From the NCBI GenBank assembly GCA_964561845.1, contig CAZLRK010000003.1:1-61455 (forward strand): a DNA stretch of 61,455 nt, read 5' to 3'. Shown here in pieces: positions 1 through 9,796 of this stretch. This DNA is from an uncultured Desulfobacterales bacterium. Its GTDB lineage: Bacteria > Desulfobacterota > Desulfobacteria > Desulfobacterales > JAUVVS01. Every line of letters begins with the position of its first letter. The first letter of the stretch is position 1. Below the pieces are notes generated by a model that did no database searches, was not told the DNA's origin, and was given only the letters and a program-made list of their open reading frames with translations. A program made the translations under genes and the position numbers.

Positions 1-237
1 TTCTTTGGCAAAAGTCGCTTAACTGGGTGTCCATTTTTACTTGACCAGATCAACTTTGGAATATGTGATTGAGGCAGTTGCCGGGATGATGGTAATGATA
101 TTCGGATTGCTTTTTCTTGCAGTTACGCTTTGAGTACATTATTCAGGATACCCTCAAAAAAGTTATGATCGTTTAGCATTTAACTTAATTTGTCTAATTC
201 AAAAAGGACAAAAGGGATGTTTTTCAAAGGTTCAACA

Positions 238-276
238 TGTAAACAATTGCTACAATAACCGCAGCGAAATGCTACA
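238..276 (+). promoter_or_regulatory. Putative upstream activator sites for a sigma54 enhancer-binding protein
   Basis: TGTA-N9-TACA at 238-254 and a similar site ending TGCTACA at 260-276, about 200 bp upstream of the sigma54 promoter at 463. Confidence 0.4.
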
Positions 277-462
277 GTTCCATAATTAAATGATTTTATT
301 CCATATATTATATTTATCCTCGACTTATCCCTTCAAGGTGTAAACGATTTTATCATATTAGTCTTTTCCCTTAGATTCACTAAACATTGAATACCTTTCA
401 GCACATCGAAAAAAATCCAACAATTTCAATATGAAATGAAATTAAAAGGGCATTAAGGTTTT

Positions 463-478
463 TGGCATCGTAGTTGCA
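463..478 (+). promoter_or_regulatory. sigma54 (-24/-12) promoter of the GcvH-like gene
   Basis: TGGCATCGTAGTTGCA: GG at 464-465 and GC at 476-477 with exact 10-nt spacing. Confidence 0.75.
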
Positions 479-557
479 TTTAAAGAGGATAAGAGCAAAC
501 TTTAAAAGAGGGTTCAAGAGGTCTTGGCTCCAATCAAGAAGAAAGGAGGTTAATAAT

Positions 558-1499
558 ATGAAAACAAAAGCAGGCAAAAATAAAGAAAGGAAAGCAAAGC
601 GGATTGTGGGATTCCAGGTTATAGAAGAGGAATGTATCTGGATGAAGGCAGGGATTGTAAATTTCCGGCTGTGTGACAATGCATATGATTGCTACAATTG
701 TCCCTTTGATCTGGGGATGAGAAAGGCTATGGATCTGAAATCACCTACCGATATAACAGAGGAACAGCCGGCCTGGGTGCAATATCTGAAGAAAAGGTAT
801 CATGGTGTATCTCGGCCATGTCGTCATGCCTTAACGGGGCGCATTAACGCGCCGAAAATCTGCACGCTTAGCTACGAGTGTTACCATTGTCCTTATGATC
901 AGATGCTGGATGATTTCGATCTATCTTATACTATGGAAGCTCCCAGCTACCAAGTAGCATCGGGTTATCGAATAGCTCAAGGCTATTATTACCACATGGG
1001 GCACAGTTGGGCTCGGATAGAACATGGTGGACGTGTCAGAATAGGATTTGATGACTTCCTCGTCAAGGTGTTTGGAACACCACTGAACCTTGCCCTTCCT
1101 CCGCTGGGCGCCGCTTTGAAACAAGACGAAATGGGATGGACATTTGGCAGGAATGGCCATAAGGCTGCGGTTTTGTCCCCTGTAACAGGGACCGTGCTCG
1201 CTGTGAACCACAAGACTATGGAGCATCCTGAAATCACTCATCATGATCCTTATCAGGAGGGATGGCTGTTTATATTAGAACCTAAACTCCCTAAAAGGAA
1301 TTTGAAAAGGCTGTTTTTTGGAAAGGAGAGCTTTCAGTGGATGGAACAGGAGAGCCAGAAGTTAATGACACTTATGGGGCCGGAATATGAACAACTGGCA
1401 GCTACGGGTGGTGAGGCGATCAATGACCTCTTTGGTAATTTTCCGGATCTCGGATGGAGCCGTCTGGCGCAAACGTTTCTCCGTACTGAGAGGGTATGA
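558..1499 (+). CDS. Glycine-cleavage H-like protein with two N-terminal Cys-rich repeats; lipoyl Lys apparently absent
   Basis: RBS AAGGAGG before ATG 558. C-terminal GcvH-like signature (YYHMGHSWARIE..VRIGFDDF..VLSPVTGTVLAVN..DPYQEGWL). Two C-x12/13-C-x5-C-x2-C-P-[FY]-D repeats. Confidence 0.8.
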   Translation: MKTKAGKNKERKAKRIVGFQVIEEECIWMKAGIVNFRLCDNAYDCYNCPFDLGMRKAMDLKSPTDITEEQPAWVQYLKKRYHGVSRPCRHALTGRINAPKICTLSYECYHCPYDQMLDDFDLSYTMEAPSYQVASGYRIAQGYYYHMGHSWARIEHGGRVRIGFDDFLVKVFGTPLNLALPPLGAALKQDEMGWTFGRNGHKAAVLSPVTGTVLAVNHKTMEHPEITHHDPYQEGWLFILEPKLPKRNLKRLFFGKESFQWMEQESQKLMTLMGPEYEQLAATGGEAINDLFGNFPDLGWSRLAQTFLRTERV

Positions 1500-1563
1500 C
1501 AAGAATAATTCAACATCGACACAAGATTGTCAATGTGATTGTTAATCATAGATGTCAGGAACA

Positions 1564-1663
1564 GTTTTAGATTTTATGTTTTAACATTTAGGTTGAATGA
1601 TGGCGACCTTTTTAAGATTGAGAGAATACCTCTGCTTAAAACCTAACACCTTAAACTTAAAAC
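1564..1663. repeat. Inverted pair of degenerate heptamer tandem arrays
   Basis: gttttag/attttat/gttttaa/catttag from 1564 versus ttaaaac/ctaacac/cttaaac/ttaaaac at 1636-1663. Confidence 0.6.
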
Positions 1664-1738
1664 GTTTACGTTAAGACATTTGCTTTCTATATGACCTGAA
1701 AGGGGTCTTCAAGGCGAAGTCTTGGATGAGACATAGTA

Positions 1739-2302
1739 TCAATCTTTTGACATTTGTCGCCGCAGATCGTCCCGAAGGTAGGTGGAGCAGTACCTGCAAA
1801 AATAAAGGGGTGTATTGTCCAGATCCCGGAGTTTTCCTGAAAAATGCATAATACACCTTTCATCCATGCAATGAAAGAGATTAAAAAGATGTCCCGACTC
1901 GTGAAGGGCTACTTTAGCGGCTCTCTCAAGTAAAAGAGGCGTGAAGGAGCCGGAGCCCTTTAAATCTTTTCTTAGCCTATAGAGCGAAATCAGTGCATAT
2001 TTTCCCCCTTGCCTTGCTTCACCAAATACATGGGTTAATATGGGAACGAAGATGTCAACATCCAGGATACATACTACTTTAGAATAATCGTGGAAAGATT
2101 CTGATTCAAGGCCCTTAAGGATAGCCCCGGCATTATATTGAAGTCTCTTCTTGTCGTGGGCATAGGCAGGATGTTCCAGAGGGGGGAGAATGTCTGCATC
2201 GAGGTTTAGATAACCAAGGAGATGTGCCGCTATGGTTTTAGATATGATTTCCGGAACATTTCCAATGGGCGCCACTCCCATGCGTATCATTGTTGGGTTC
2301 AT
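1739..2302 (-). CDS. Archaemetzincin-family (M54) Zn metalloprotease
   Basis: HESGHLFNLFHC zinc motif followed by C..CIMHFS..FCRYC; VFGEA motif. Confidence 0.85.
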   Translation of the reverse strand: MNPTMIRMGVAPIGNVPEIISKTIAAHLLGYLNLDADILPPLEHPAYAHDKKRLQYNAGAILKGLESESFHDYSKVVCILDVDIFVPILTHVFGEARQGGKYALISLYRLRKDLKGSGSFTPLLLERAAKVALHESGHLFNLFHCMDERCIMHFSGKLRDLDNTPLYFCRYCSTYLRDDLRRQMSKD

Positions 2303-2327
2303 AACGTGAGATGTTCGACAAATTAGC

Positions 2328-3671
2328 TCAAGGTCTCTTTAAGTTGTAACGTTTTATCATCTTATGCAGGGTGACTCGGTTGATACCCAGGATCTTTGAT
2401 GACTTAGTCACGTTCCACGCACAATCCTCCAAGATCTGTTGAATGTGATTCTTTTCCATTTCACGCAGTGTTCGCGTCTTTAAGATCGGGGAAGCAGAAG
2501 GACGAAGGAATGAGAAACTATTGCTATCAAGGGTCCTGGAGTTGGATAGAACTACAGCCCGTTCAATAGCATTCTCTAATTCTCTCACATTTCCAGGCCA
2601 GTCATAATCCTTTAGCAGTTCTATAGCGCCTTTCTTAACGTGATCAACCCGTTTGGTGGTTTCATGGCTATACTTCTGAAGAAAATGCTGTAGTAAAAGG
2701 GGAATGTCCTCTTTCCTTTCCCTCAATGGAGGGATATGGATTACAATAACATTGATACGATAGAAAAAGTCTTCTCGGAAGGCACCCTCGGCAACTTCTT
2801 TTTCCAGGTCCCGTCTGGTGGCTGAGATCAATCGAAAATCCACATTTATTGGTTCTCTCTCACCGATCCGGATGATTTTCTTCTCTTCCAAAACCCGTAA
2901 AAGATCCACCTGCATCTTTGGGCTGATCTCTCCGATTTCATCAAGAAACAAGGTGCCCCCTGAAACCACTTCCACGAAGCCTTTCCGGGCGTGTATTGCA
3001 CCGGTGAAGGCTCCTTTCTGATGACCAAACAGTTCACTTTCCAACAGAGTGTCCGGTATCGCGCCGCAATTAAGGGTAATGAAAGGAGCGTGAGATCGTT
3101 GACTTTTGGCATGTATGGCCTTGGCGACAAGTTCTTTTCCTGAACCGGTTTCACCAGTAATCAGAACAGAAGAATCGCTTTGAGCAACTACCAGAATTAG
3201 GTCAAAGATCTTCTCCATAGCAGGAGATTGGCCGATGATGTTATCAAAGCGAGTTATTTGCTCTAAACGTCCTTTAAGATAGTTGTATTCAGATTTAAGC
3301 TTTTTTTCATGAGCTATCTTCTCCATTACAAGGGAAAGTTGATCCGGTTTAAAGGGCTTAAGTAAGTAGTCGCTAGCCCCGAGTTTCATTGCATTAACAG
3401 CCGTTTCAATAGAGCCATAGGCTGTGATGATGACTACTATCGTATCAGGGTATTCTTTTTTCACTCTTTCCAGTAGTTCAATGCCATCCATTTTAGGCAT
3501 CTTTATGTCCACAAACAGAAGCTCAAAGGGAAATTTTTCTAATTTTTCCAGGGCCTCAAAACCTGAAGAGGCTGTTTCTACCACATGGCCCATTTTTTTA
3601 AACCAATGGAGAAACGATTCACGGACGATCATTTCATCGTCCACGATCATGATGCTCATCTTTTCATTCAT
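2328..3671 (-). CDS. NtrC-family sigma54-dependent response regulator
   Basis: Receiver domain (DD..DIKMP..TAY..KP), GETGSGKE Walker A, GAFTGA, WPGNVRELEN, Fis-type HTH. Confidence 0.95.
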   Translation of the reverse strand: MNEKMSIMIVDDEMIVRESFLHWFKKMGHVVETASSGFEALEKLEKFPFELLFVDIKMPKMDGIELLERVKKEYPDTIVVIITAYGSIETAVNAMKLGASDYLLKPFKPDQLSLVMEKIAHEKKLKSEYNYLKGRLEQITRFDNIIGQSPAMEKIFDLILVVAQSDSSVLITGETGSGKELVAKAIHAKSQRSHAPFITLNCGAIPDTLLESELFGHQKGAFTGAIHARKGFVEVVSGGTLFLDEIGEISPKMQVDLLRVLEEKKIIRIGEREPINVDFRLISATRRDLEKEVAEGAFREDFFYRINVIVIHIPPLRERKEDIPLLLQHFLQKYSHETTKRVDHVKKGAIELLKDYDWPGNVRELENAIERAVVLSNSRTLDSNSFSFLRPSASPILKTRTLREMEKNHIQQILEDCAWNVTKSSKILGINRVTLHKMIKRYNLKRP

Positions 3672-3699
3672 GGCGTTTTCCCCTCGTATTCGAAAATTC

Positions 3700-5253
3700 T
3701 TAAAAGATCGGGAAATTCAAGATAAAGGAACTTCCCTTTCCAACCCGGTTGTTCACCTTGATATTTCCTCCATGATTCTTAACTATACCATACACCATGG
3801 ATAATCCGAGTCCAGTACCTTCACCATCTTCCTTGGTGGTGAAAAAGGGATCAAAGATGTGGTCCAACTCTTCCTCAGTTATTCCTTGTCCTGTATCTTG
3901 TATTTCTATCAAGGCTTTCTTATGGGCGCTGTCCAGTTTGGAGATCATTGTCAATTGGCCTCCTTGGGGCATGGCCTCGATGGCGTTGAAGATCAGATTG
4001 AGAAAGCATTGCTGCAACTGATTAACATCTCCTTGCATTATTAAAGGCCTGGGATAAAGCTCGGTGTTCAGATAGATGTCCTGTAGCTCCATTTTGTGGC
4101 TGGTCAATGTAATAACTTCCTTTAGGATTTCGCTGATATCAACGTCATTGAATCCAGTGTTGGATTGACGTGAGAAAGAAAGGAGGCCGGAGATAATGTT
4201 GCCACATCTTTCCAACTCACTGGACATAATAGAGAGGTGTTCCTGGAACTTTTTCAGTTCATCCGGGCCCGGCACATCCTCTTTTAGGATATCTATCATA
4301 AGATGGCTGAAGGTCAATAGCCCTTGAATGGGATTGTTGATTTCGTGGACGCAACTGGCCACAAGCTTTCCTAGAGAAATCATTCGATCTTCCTGGACTA
4401 GTTTTTTAAGATCGGCCTTTAATAAATTGACCCGCCTTTCCCATGTGGATGAGAGGTCTTCTGTGAGGTCTCTGCTTATCTCGATAATTCGTGCAACTTC
4501 ACCGTTCTGGTCTTTTAATGGATAGGTAACCAAATCACAGTAAATTGAATGGTCTCCGGAGAGGAAATGTTCATGAAAGACATGGGCTGATTCACCGGTC
4601 CTCAATGTCTCAAGCATAGGGCATCTCAACGCTGGTTGCGAAGCTGAACACGGGGCATTCAGTCCATGGGTGATTTCGTAACAATACGCTCCTATCACCT
4701 CATCTTTGGATTTGTTGAAGGCCTTCAAATAAGCTTCGTTGGCCTCAACAATCATGAAATCAGGACTCAAGACTGAGATCTGTTCGTTGGCCTGTTGCAT
4801 GAGAAAGTTGGAGGCCATTTTCTCAAGAAGTATCTGTTTCTCAACCGATTTCAGTTGCTGATCTTGAAGAAAAAAATTCCTTAATACTCTGCTGATATTG
4901 TGTTCCAGTACACCAACTCCGATGGGCCTTAATCGTATAAGTTCAAGAAGTACCTCCCTACTGCCTGTTAGCTCAATTACACCATCCAGGTCTTTATTTT
5001 TAAAAAGGTCCTGGAAGTCATTTGTTGTATAGATTCCCATCTCTTTGGCGAGACAAAAACCTTCAGCCTCCTGGTTGATATCACAGACACCAACCACCTT
5101 AATATCTAGAAAAGTGAAAGGTTCATTCTGTAAAAGTCTTAAAAAGAATTTACAGGCCCTGCCGCCCCCGACAATAGCTAAATTAAAGGATAATTTCTCG
5201 AGAATAAAGTTGCTTGTCTTATTATTCTCTTTCATAATAATATCTATAGTCAC
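3700..5253 (-). CDS. Cytoplasmic sensor histidine kinase with N-terminal Rossmann-like (NAD-binding) domain and Cys-containing PAS domain
   Basis: LAIVGGGRA..VVGVCDIN..DLDGVIELTG N-terminus; HEINNP H-box; NLIFNA, DTGQGI, FDPFFTTK and GTGLGL boxes. Confidence 0.9.
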   Translation of the reverse strand: MTIDIIMKENNKTSNFILEKLSFNLAIVGGGRACKFFLRLLQNEPFTFLDIKVVGVCDINQEAEGFCLAKEMGIYTTNDFQDLFKNKDLDGVIELTGSREVLLELIRLRPIGVGVLEHNISRVLRNFFLQDQQLKSVEKQILLEKMASNFLMQQANEQISVLSPDFMIVEANEAYLKAFNKSKDEVIGAYCYEITHGLNAPCSASQPALRCPMLETLRTGESAHVFHEHFLSGDHSIYCDLVTYPLKDQNGEVARIIEISRDLTEDLSSTWERRVNLLKADLKKLVQEDRMISLGKLVASCVHEINNPIQGLLTFSHLMIDILKEDVPGPDELKKFQEHLSIMSSELERCGNIISGLLSFSRQSNTGFNDVDISEILKEVITLTSHKMELQDIYLNTELYPRPLIMQGDVNQLQQCFLNLIFNAIEAMPQGGQLTMISKLDSAHKKALIEIQDTGQGITEEELDHIFDPFFTTKEDGEGTGLGLSMVYGIVKNHGGNIKVNNRVGKGSSFILNFPIF

Positions 5254-5301
5254 ATTTGTTCTTTAACGTGGTATCAAATGTTGGAGTGATCAGGAGACCA
5301 A

Positions 5302-5350
5302 GTTATCAGTGACCGGTTACCGGGCACTTCTACGCTTACCATAACTTTTT
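5302..5350. repeat. Remnant of a heptamer-array element sharing a 17-bp terminus with 34331-34347
   Basis: gttatca gtgaccg gttaccg, then gcttaccataacttttt (5334-5350), the reverse complement of aaaaagttatggtaagc (34331-34347). Confidence 0.55.
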
Positions 5351-5574
5351 TAAAAGTTACTGTTTTTATATTAAAACATTATAGGGTTTAAAAGTCAATA
5401 TTGATGAATTATTGAAAAATCTACCGAATATATTAAATGAAATGCTAAAAACGTATGTCTTTTGCGGACAATTTCATTCACGATTAGATAAATGTTAAAA
5501 ATTTTCCTTGTATTTTTAAATTATTTTTATTAATTAAAAAGGTTCTTGGCAAAAATAATTTTTCAGGAGGTTGT

Positions 5575-6837
5575 ATGGTTGATTCAAAAGGCTGGGATTG
5601 GGAAACCAGCGAGAAGACGATTGCAACAAATGATTGGAAAGATAAATTCAAATGGGTTGAAGAACCATATGTCAGCCCTGATGGTGAGAAGATAGCTGCC
5701 GTTGTGAATATTGATGAAGGTGAATTTAATGTATGTGTTAACGGGGATACATGGGAAAACACCTTTGACAAGATATGGTATCTCAGATTCTCACCGGATG
5801 GCCGCCTTACCGCACTGATATCTGAGATGGGCGAATGGACCGTCGCAGTTGACGGAACACCCTGGGGAAATAAATACGGCTATGTTTGGAACACCATGTT
5901 TAGCCCGGACGGTAAAAATATTGTCGTGGCTGTCCAGCAGGATATGAAATACTGCATGGCGATTAATGACGTTCTCTGGGATGAAGCCTTTGCGAATATG
6001 ACAAATGTTATTTTAAGCCCCGATGGAAAAAGAACCGCGGCAACGGTTCAAGTCGTGAATTTTGGTGCGGCCGAGATACATAAGTTTCAAGAGGGCGCTT
6101 ATACGGCTGCAATTGACGGCAAAGCCTGGGACAACAAATTTGTCAATGTTTGGAACAAGGCTTTCAGTTCTGACGGCCAAAAACTGGCTGCTGAAGTGAG
6201 ACTCAATCTTTATGATTATACCATTGCGGTGGACGGTACTGCATGGGATAAAACATTCGGTTGTGTCTGGGAACCGGTGTTTAATCCCAATAACGGATCG
6301 GTTGTGGCGCCGGTGAAGGCAGAAGGAAAATGGAGGCTGGCGGAAGACGGCAATCTGATTTGGGACAGGGGGTTCGTGCAGTTGTGGCACCAGAAGTATA
6401 GTCCTGATGGAAAAAAACTTGCGGCTATCGTAGCGCCCAAATTTGGGAGATGGACCGTAGCCGTGAACGGCAATGCATGGGATAGTACATTCTGTGATCT
6501 TGTAACGGATATGGTTTTCAGCCCGGACAGTAATAAAATAGCAGCAATTGCCAAAGAGGGTGAAAAATGGAAAGTCGTTGTAGATGGTTCGGTATGGTCC
6601 AATACCTTTGATATGGCATGGAAACCTGTTTTCAGTCCGGACAGTGAATATACGGCGACGAAAGTAGAAAAGAATGGAAAATACACAATTGCCGTAAATG
6701 ACAGGTTATGGCAGCATGAGTGTGATGCGGTCTGGGATCCGGTTTTCAGCCCTGATGGAGACAAGATTCTCATCCGTGCCGTTGAAAATGGTACATATTA
6801 TAGACGTATTATGCCTGTAAAAGAACTAACACGCTAA
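5575..6837 (+). CDS. tmcD: Tmc complex subunit D (Trp-rich beta-propeller-like)
   Basis: Repeated FSPDG / W..AVDG..W units; first gene of a tmcD-C-B-A order. Confidence 0.85.
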   Translation: MVDSKGWDWETSEKTIATNDWKDKFKWVEEPYVSPDGEKIAAVVNIDEGEFNVCVNGDTWENTFDKIWYLRFSPDGRLTALISEMGEWTVAVDGTPWGNKYGYVWNTMFSPDGKNIVVAVQQDMKYCMAINDVLWDEAFANMTNVILSPDGKRTAATVQVVNFGAAEIHKFQEGAYTAAIDGKAWDNKFVNVWNKAFSSDGQKLAAEVRLNLYDYTIAVDGTAWDKTFGCVWEPVFNPNNGSVVAPVKAEGKWRLAEDGNLIWDRGFVQLWHQKYSPDGKKLAAIVAPKFGRWTVAVNGNAWDSTFCDLVTDMVFSPDSNKIAAIAKEGEKWKVVVDGSVWSNTFDMAWKPVFSPDSEYTATKVEKNGKYTIAVNDRLWQHECDAVWDPVFSPDGDKILIRAVENGTYYRRIMPVKELTR

Positions 6838-6847
6838 GGGGGAAAAC

Positions 6848-7507
6848 ATGCATGATTTTTACAATTTTGTAACCGGTCCGCTTGCATGGGTGGCTTTTAT
6901 TATTTTTATCGGCGGCAGCCTGTACAGACTGATTAATATGATTTCTCTGGTAAATAAGAAAGAAAAATTAATTTTTAGCTATATGAGCTGGAAGTACAGC
7001 CTGAGATCCATACTTCACTGGATCACACCCTTTGCCACGGTAAACATGAAAAAACATCCTGCAATGACCATTGTATCTTTTGCATTTCATATCTGTCTTA
7101 TTATCACTCCCATTTTTCTTCTATCCCATATTATCCTGTGGGATGAATCCTGGAATATAAGCTGGTGGTCTCTGCCGGACAATGTTGCGGATATAATGAC
7201 CCTTATCGTTATTGCCGGTTGCGTATTCTTTCTTGTCAGGAGACTTAAATCGCCGGAAGTACAATTTGTAACATCAGCCTCTGATTATATTTTGCTTGCC
7301 ATCGTGGCAGCGCCGTTTATCACCGGATTTTTAGCCTATCATCAGTGGTTTGGTTATAAATTTTTTCTAAACTTCCATATTCTTTCTGGAGAGATCATGC
7401 TTGCGGCCATTCCTTTTACCCGATTGAGCCACATGTTGTTTTCGGCGTTTACAAGAGCCTATATGGGATCTGAGTTTGGCGGAGTAAGACATGTAAAAGA
7501 CTGGTAA
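6848..7507 (+). CDS. tmcC: Tmc complex membrane cytochrome b subunit (NarI/HmcE-like)
   Basis: Multiple TM helices with conserved His (FAFHI, LSHII, YHQ, FHIL); IPFTRLSHM motif. Confidence 0.85.
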   Translation: MHDFYNFVTGPLAWVAFIIFIGGSLYRLINMISLVNKKEKLIFSYMSWKYSLRSILHWITPFATVNMKKHPAMTIVSFAFHICLIITPIFLLSHIILWDESWNISWWSLPDNVADIMTLIVIAGCVFFLVRRLKSPEVQFVTSASDYILLAIVAAPFITGFLAYHQWFGYKFFLNFHILSGEIMLAAIPFTRLSHMLFSAFTRAYMGSEFGGVRHVKDW

Positions 7508-7542
7508 TCTTATTTATCATTGTAAATTGAGGAGGAACTTTC

Positions 7543-8877
7543 ATGGCTGAACCTGCAATAAAGGAAGAAAAAAAGATTTTTGATGAAGGTTTGGAAGTAG
7601 GAGCAGCAAAGCTTACTGAAGAAAAGATTGAAAAGACAATAAATACAATACTAGGCGCTGAAACAGGCGCACGTCTTAAAACTTATGTAGATACATGTGT
7701 CCACTGCGGCCTCTGCTCTGAAGCATGCCATTTTTACCTTTCCAATGATAATGATCCGCGCTTTTCCCCTGTTGGCAAGGTGAAACAGACCATGTGGGAA
7801 ATATTGAAAAACAAGGGTAAAGTAAGTCCCGAGTTTATCAAAAGGGCTTCCGAGATTGCCTCAACAGAGTGTAACTTGTGTCGACGATGTGTCCAGTATT
7901 GTCCCTTTGGTATCGATATTGCCTACATCATAACCGTGGTGCGGCGCATTTGTCATCGCCTGGGTGTAACTCCCCTTTATATTCAAGACACTGCGCACAG
8001 CCACTCTGCTACCATGAACCAGATGTGGGTTAAAGACGACGAGTGGCCCGATACATTACAGTGGCAGGAAGAGGAAGCACAGGGTGAAATTCCTACGCTG
8101 CGTATCCCCCTTGAAAAAGAAGGTTCTGATATTATGTACTCAATTATAGCGCCGGAACCAAAATTCCGCGCTCAATTGATATATCAAGCAGCCGTGATAA
8201 TGGATGTTGCAGGAATGAACTGGACAATGCCGGCGACTTCCGGATGGGACAACAGCGATATGGCCATGTTTACCGGTGATTATGAAATGATGGGGAGACT
8301 GAAAAGGCATCATTTTGAAACCGCGGCGCGGCTGAAGGTCAAAAAAATCGTCATGGGGGAGTGTGGTCATGCCTTCCGTTCAATTCATGATGTAGGCAAC
8401 AGATGGCTCGCCTGGAAATGGGCGCCGATTCCCGTGATCCATGCGGTCCAATTCTTTTATGAATTGCTGCGGGACGGCAAAATAAAAGTGGCCAAAAAAC
8501 TTGACCAAACTGTTACAATCCAGGATCCATGCAATATCGTCAGGGGCATGGGACTCCATGAAATGATCCGTGAGCTCGCCAGGGCATTTTGCAAGGACGT
8601 GGTGGAAATGGAACCGAATCGTGAACACAATTACTGCTGCTGCGCAGGCGGTGGAGTTGTTAACTGCGGCCCCCCATATAAGATGAAACGCGTGAAGGGA
8701 AACAGGATAAAAGCAGAACAATTGTTTGCCGCTAAGTCAAGGGGAGCACAGACCATTATTTCTCCTTGTCATAATTGCCACGGGGGTCTTGAAGACATCG
8801 TTAGTCACTATGAACTCGGGATGCATCAAAAATTCCTGGGTGATATCATTTATGAATGCATGGAAAAACCTGAATGA
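7543..8877 (+). CDS. tmcB: Tmc complex cytoplasmic Fe-S/CCG subunit (HdrD/DsrK-like)
   Basis: CVHCGLCSEAC and CNLCRRCVQYCP; CCG-domain motifs MGECGH, QDPC, YCCCAGGG, PCHNC. Confidence 0.9.
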   Translation: MAEPAIKEEKKIFDEGLEVGAAKLTEEKIEKTINTILGAETGARLKTYVDTCVHCGLCSEACHFYLSNDNDPRFSPVGKVKQTMWEILKNKGKVSPEFIKRASEIASTECNLCRRCVQYCPFGIDIAYIITVVRRICHRLGVTPLYIQDTAHSHSATMNQMWVKDDEWPDTLQWQEEEAQGEIPTLRIPLEKEGSDIMYSIIAPEPKFRAQLIYQAAVIMDVAGMNWTMPATSGWDNSDMAMFTGDYEMMGRLKRHHFETAARLKVKKIVMGECGHAFRSIHDVGNRWLAWKWAPIPVIHAVQFFYELLRDGKIKVAKKLDQTVTIQDPCNIVRGMGLHEMIRELARAFCKDVVEMEPNREHNYCCCAGGGVVNCGPPYKMKRVKGNRIKAEQLFAAKSRGAQTIISPCHNCHGGLEDIVSHYELGMHQKFLGDIIYECMEKPE

Positions 8878-8893
8878 TAAAGGAGAAAACAGG

Positions 8894-9274
8894 ATGAAAA
8901 AGACCGCCATATTTTTATTGACATTTATATTTATTTCCGGGTTCATATTCGTATCAGCATATTCTCAGGACGAAATGGAATTTGTTGATAACCGTGTCTT
9001 TGAAAATCCGGAGAGAGTATCTTCAGTTTTTCCACATGATGGGCATAACGAAACAGCAGAAATTGAAGAATGTAATGACTGCCACCATATTTATGAAGAT
9101 GGAAAATTAGTGGAAGATGAATCGTCCGAAGATCAGATGTGTTCGGAATGCCATGAAATAAAAGCTTCCGGAAATATGCCGGCATTGATGAAGGCGTATC
9201 ACACAAACTGTAAAGGGTGTCACCTGGAAAAAAAGAAAGGCCCGATTATGTGCGGTGAATGTCATAAAAAATAG
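8894..9274 (+). CDS. tmcA: Acidic tetrahaem cytochrome c3 (Tmc subunit A)
   Basis: RBS AAGGAG; signal peptide; four CxxCH motifs (CNDCH, CSECH, CKGCH, CGECH); acidic composition. Confidence 0.9.
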   Translation: MKKTAIFLLTFIFISGFIFVSAYSQDEMEFVDNRVFENPERVSSVFPHDGHNETAEIEECNDCHHIYEDGKLVEDESSEDQMCSECHEIKASGNMPALMKAYHTNCKGCHLEKKKGPIMCGECHKK

Positions 9275-9312
9275 ATTTTAATTCACCAAAAAATACAAAG
9301 GAGAGGTATAAA

Positions 9313-9663
9313 ATGGCAAAAAAGATTCTGGTCATCGACGATGAACCCGTTACCGTTAAATATCTTGTAACGCTTTTTGAAGACAATGGTTATGAGACTT
9401 GTAGCGCCGCTGATGGTGCGGATGCAATGGAAGTTGTAAAAAATGAAAAACCGGATCTAATAACCCTTGACCTCGACATGCCGCAGGAATGGGGCCCGAG
9501 ATTTTATCGAAGACTTATAAAAAATAAAGAATTTAAAGACATACCGGTTATTGTTATCAGCGGAATAGACGGCGATCATGCCATAGGAAAGGCTGTAGCT
9601 TTCGTAAAAAAACCGTTCGATACGGATAAACTTTTAGGAATAGTTAAAAGAACGATCGGTTAA
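9313..9663 (+). CDS. Single-domain response regulator (tmc-associated type)
   Basis: ILVIDDE..ITLDLDMPQEWGPRFYR..ISG..KKP. Confidence 0.9.
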   Translation: MAKKILVIDDEPVTVKYLVTLFEDNGYETCSAADGADAMEVVKNEKPDLITLDLDMPQEWGPRFYRRLIKNKEFKDIPVIVISGIDGDHAIGKAVAFVKKPFDTDKLLGIVKRTIG

Positions 9664-9796
9664 AGCAACTGAGAATATTATCACAAAACCGGAGTATTAA
9701 GATCCAGATTTCCATAATATTCTACACACTTAATTTGTGCTGGTCTAAATTAATTCCCCCTTTTTGCCCTCCGAAAACTACCCAGGAGTATTATTC

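Noticed and set aside
1-133. Possible 3' end of a membrane-protein gene (..EYVIEAVAGMMVMIFGLLFLAVTL*)
   Set aside because: The frame contains TAA at 20-22 and too little sequence is visible to tell a frameshifted gene from chance.
474-557. Longer ORF-track starts (474, 8726, 9764, 21415, 25250, 34386, 44884, 52727)
   Set aside because: Downstream ATGs have clear RBSs; several extensions overlap promoters, repeats or upstream genes.
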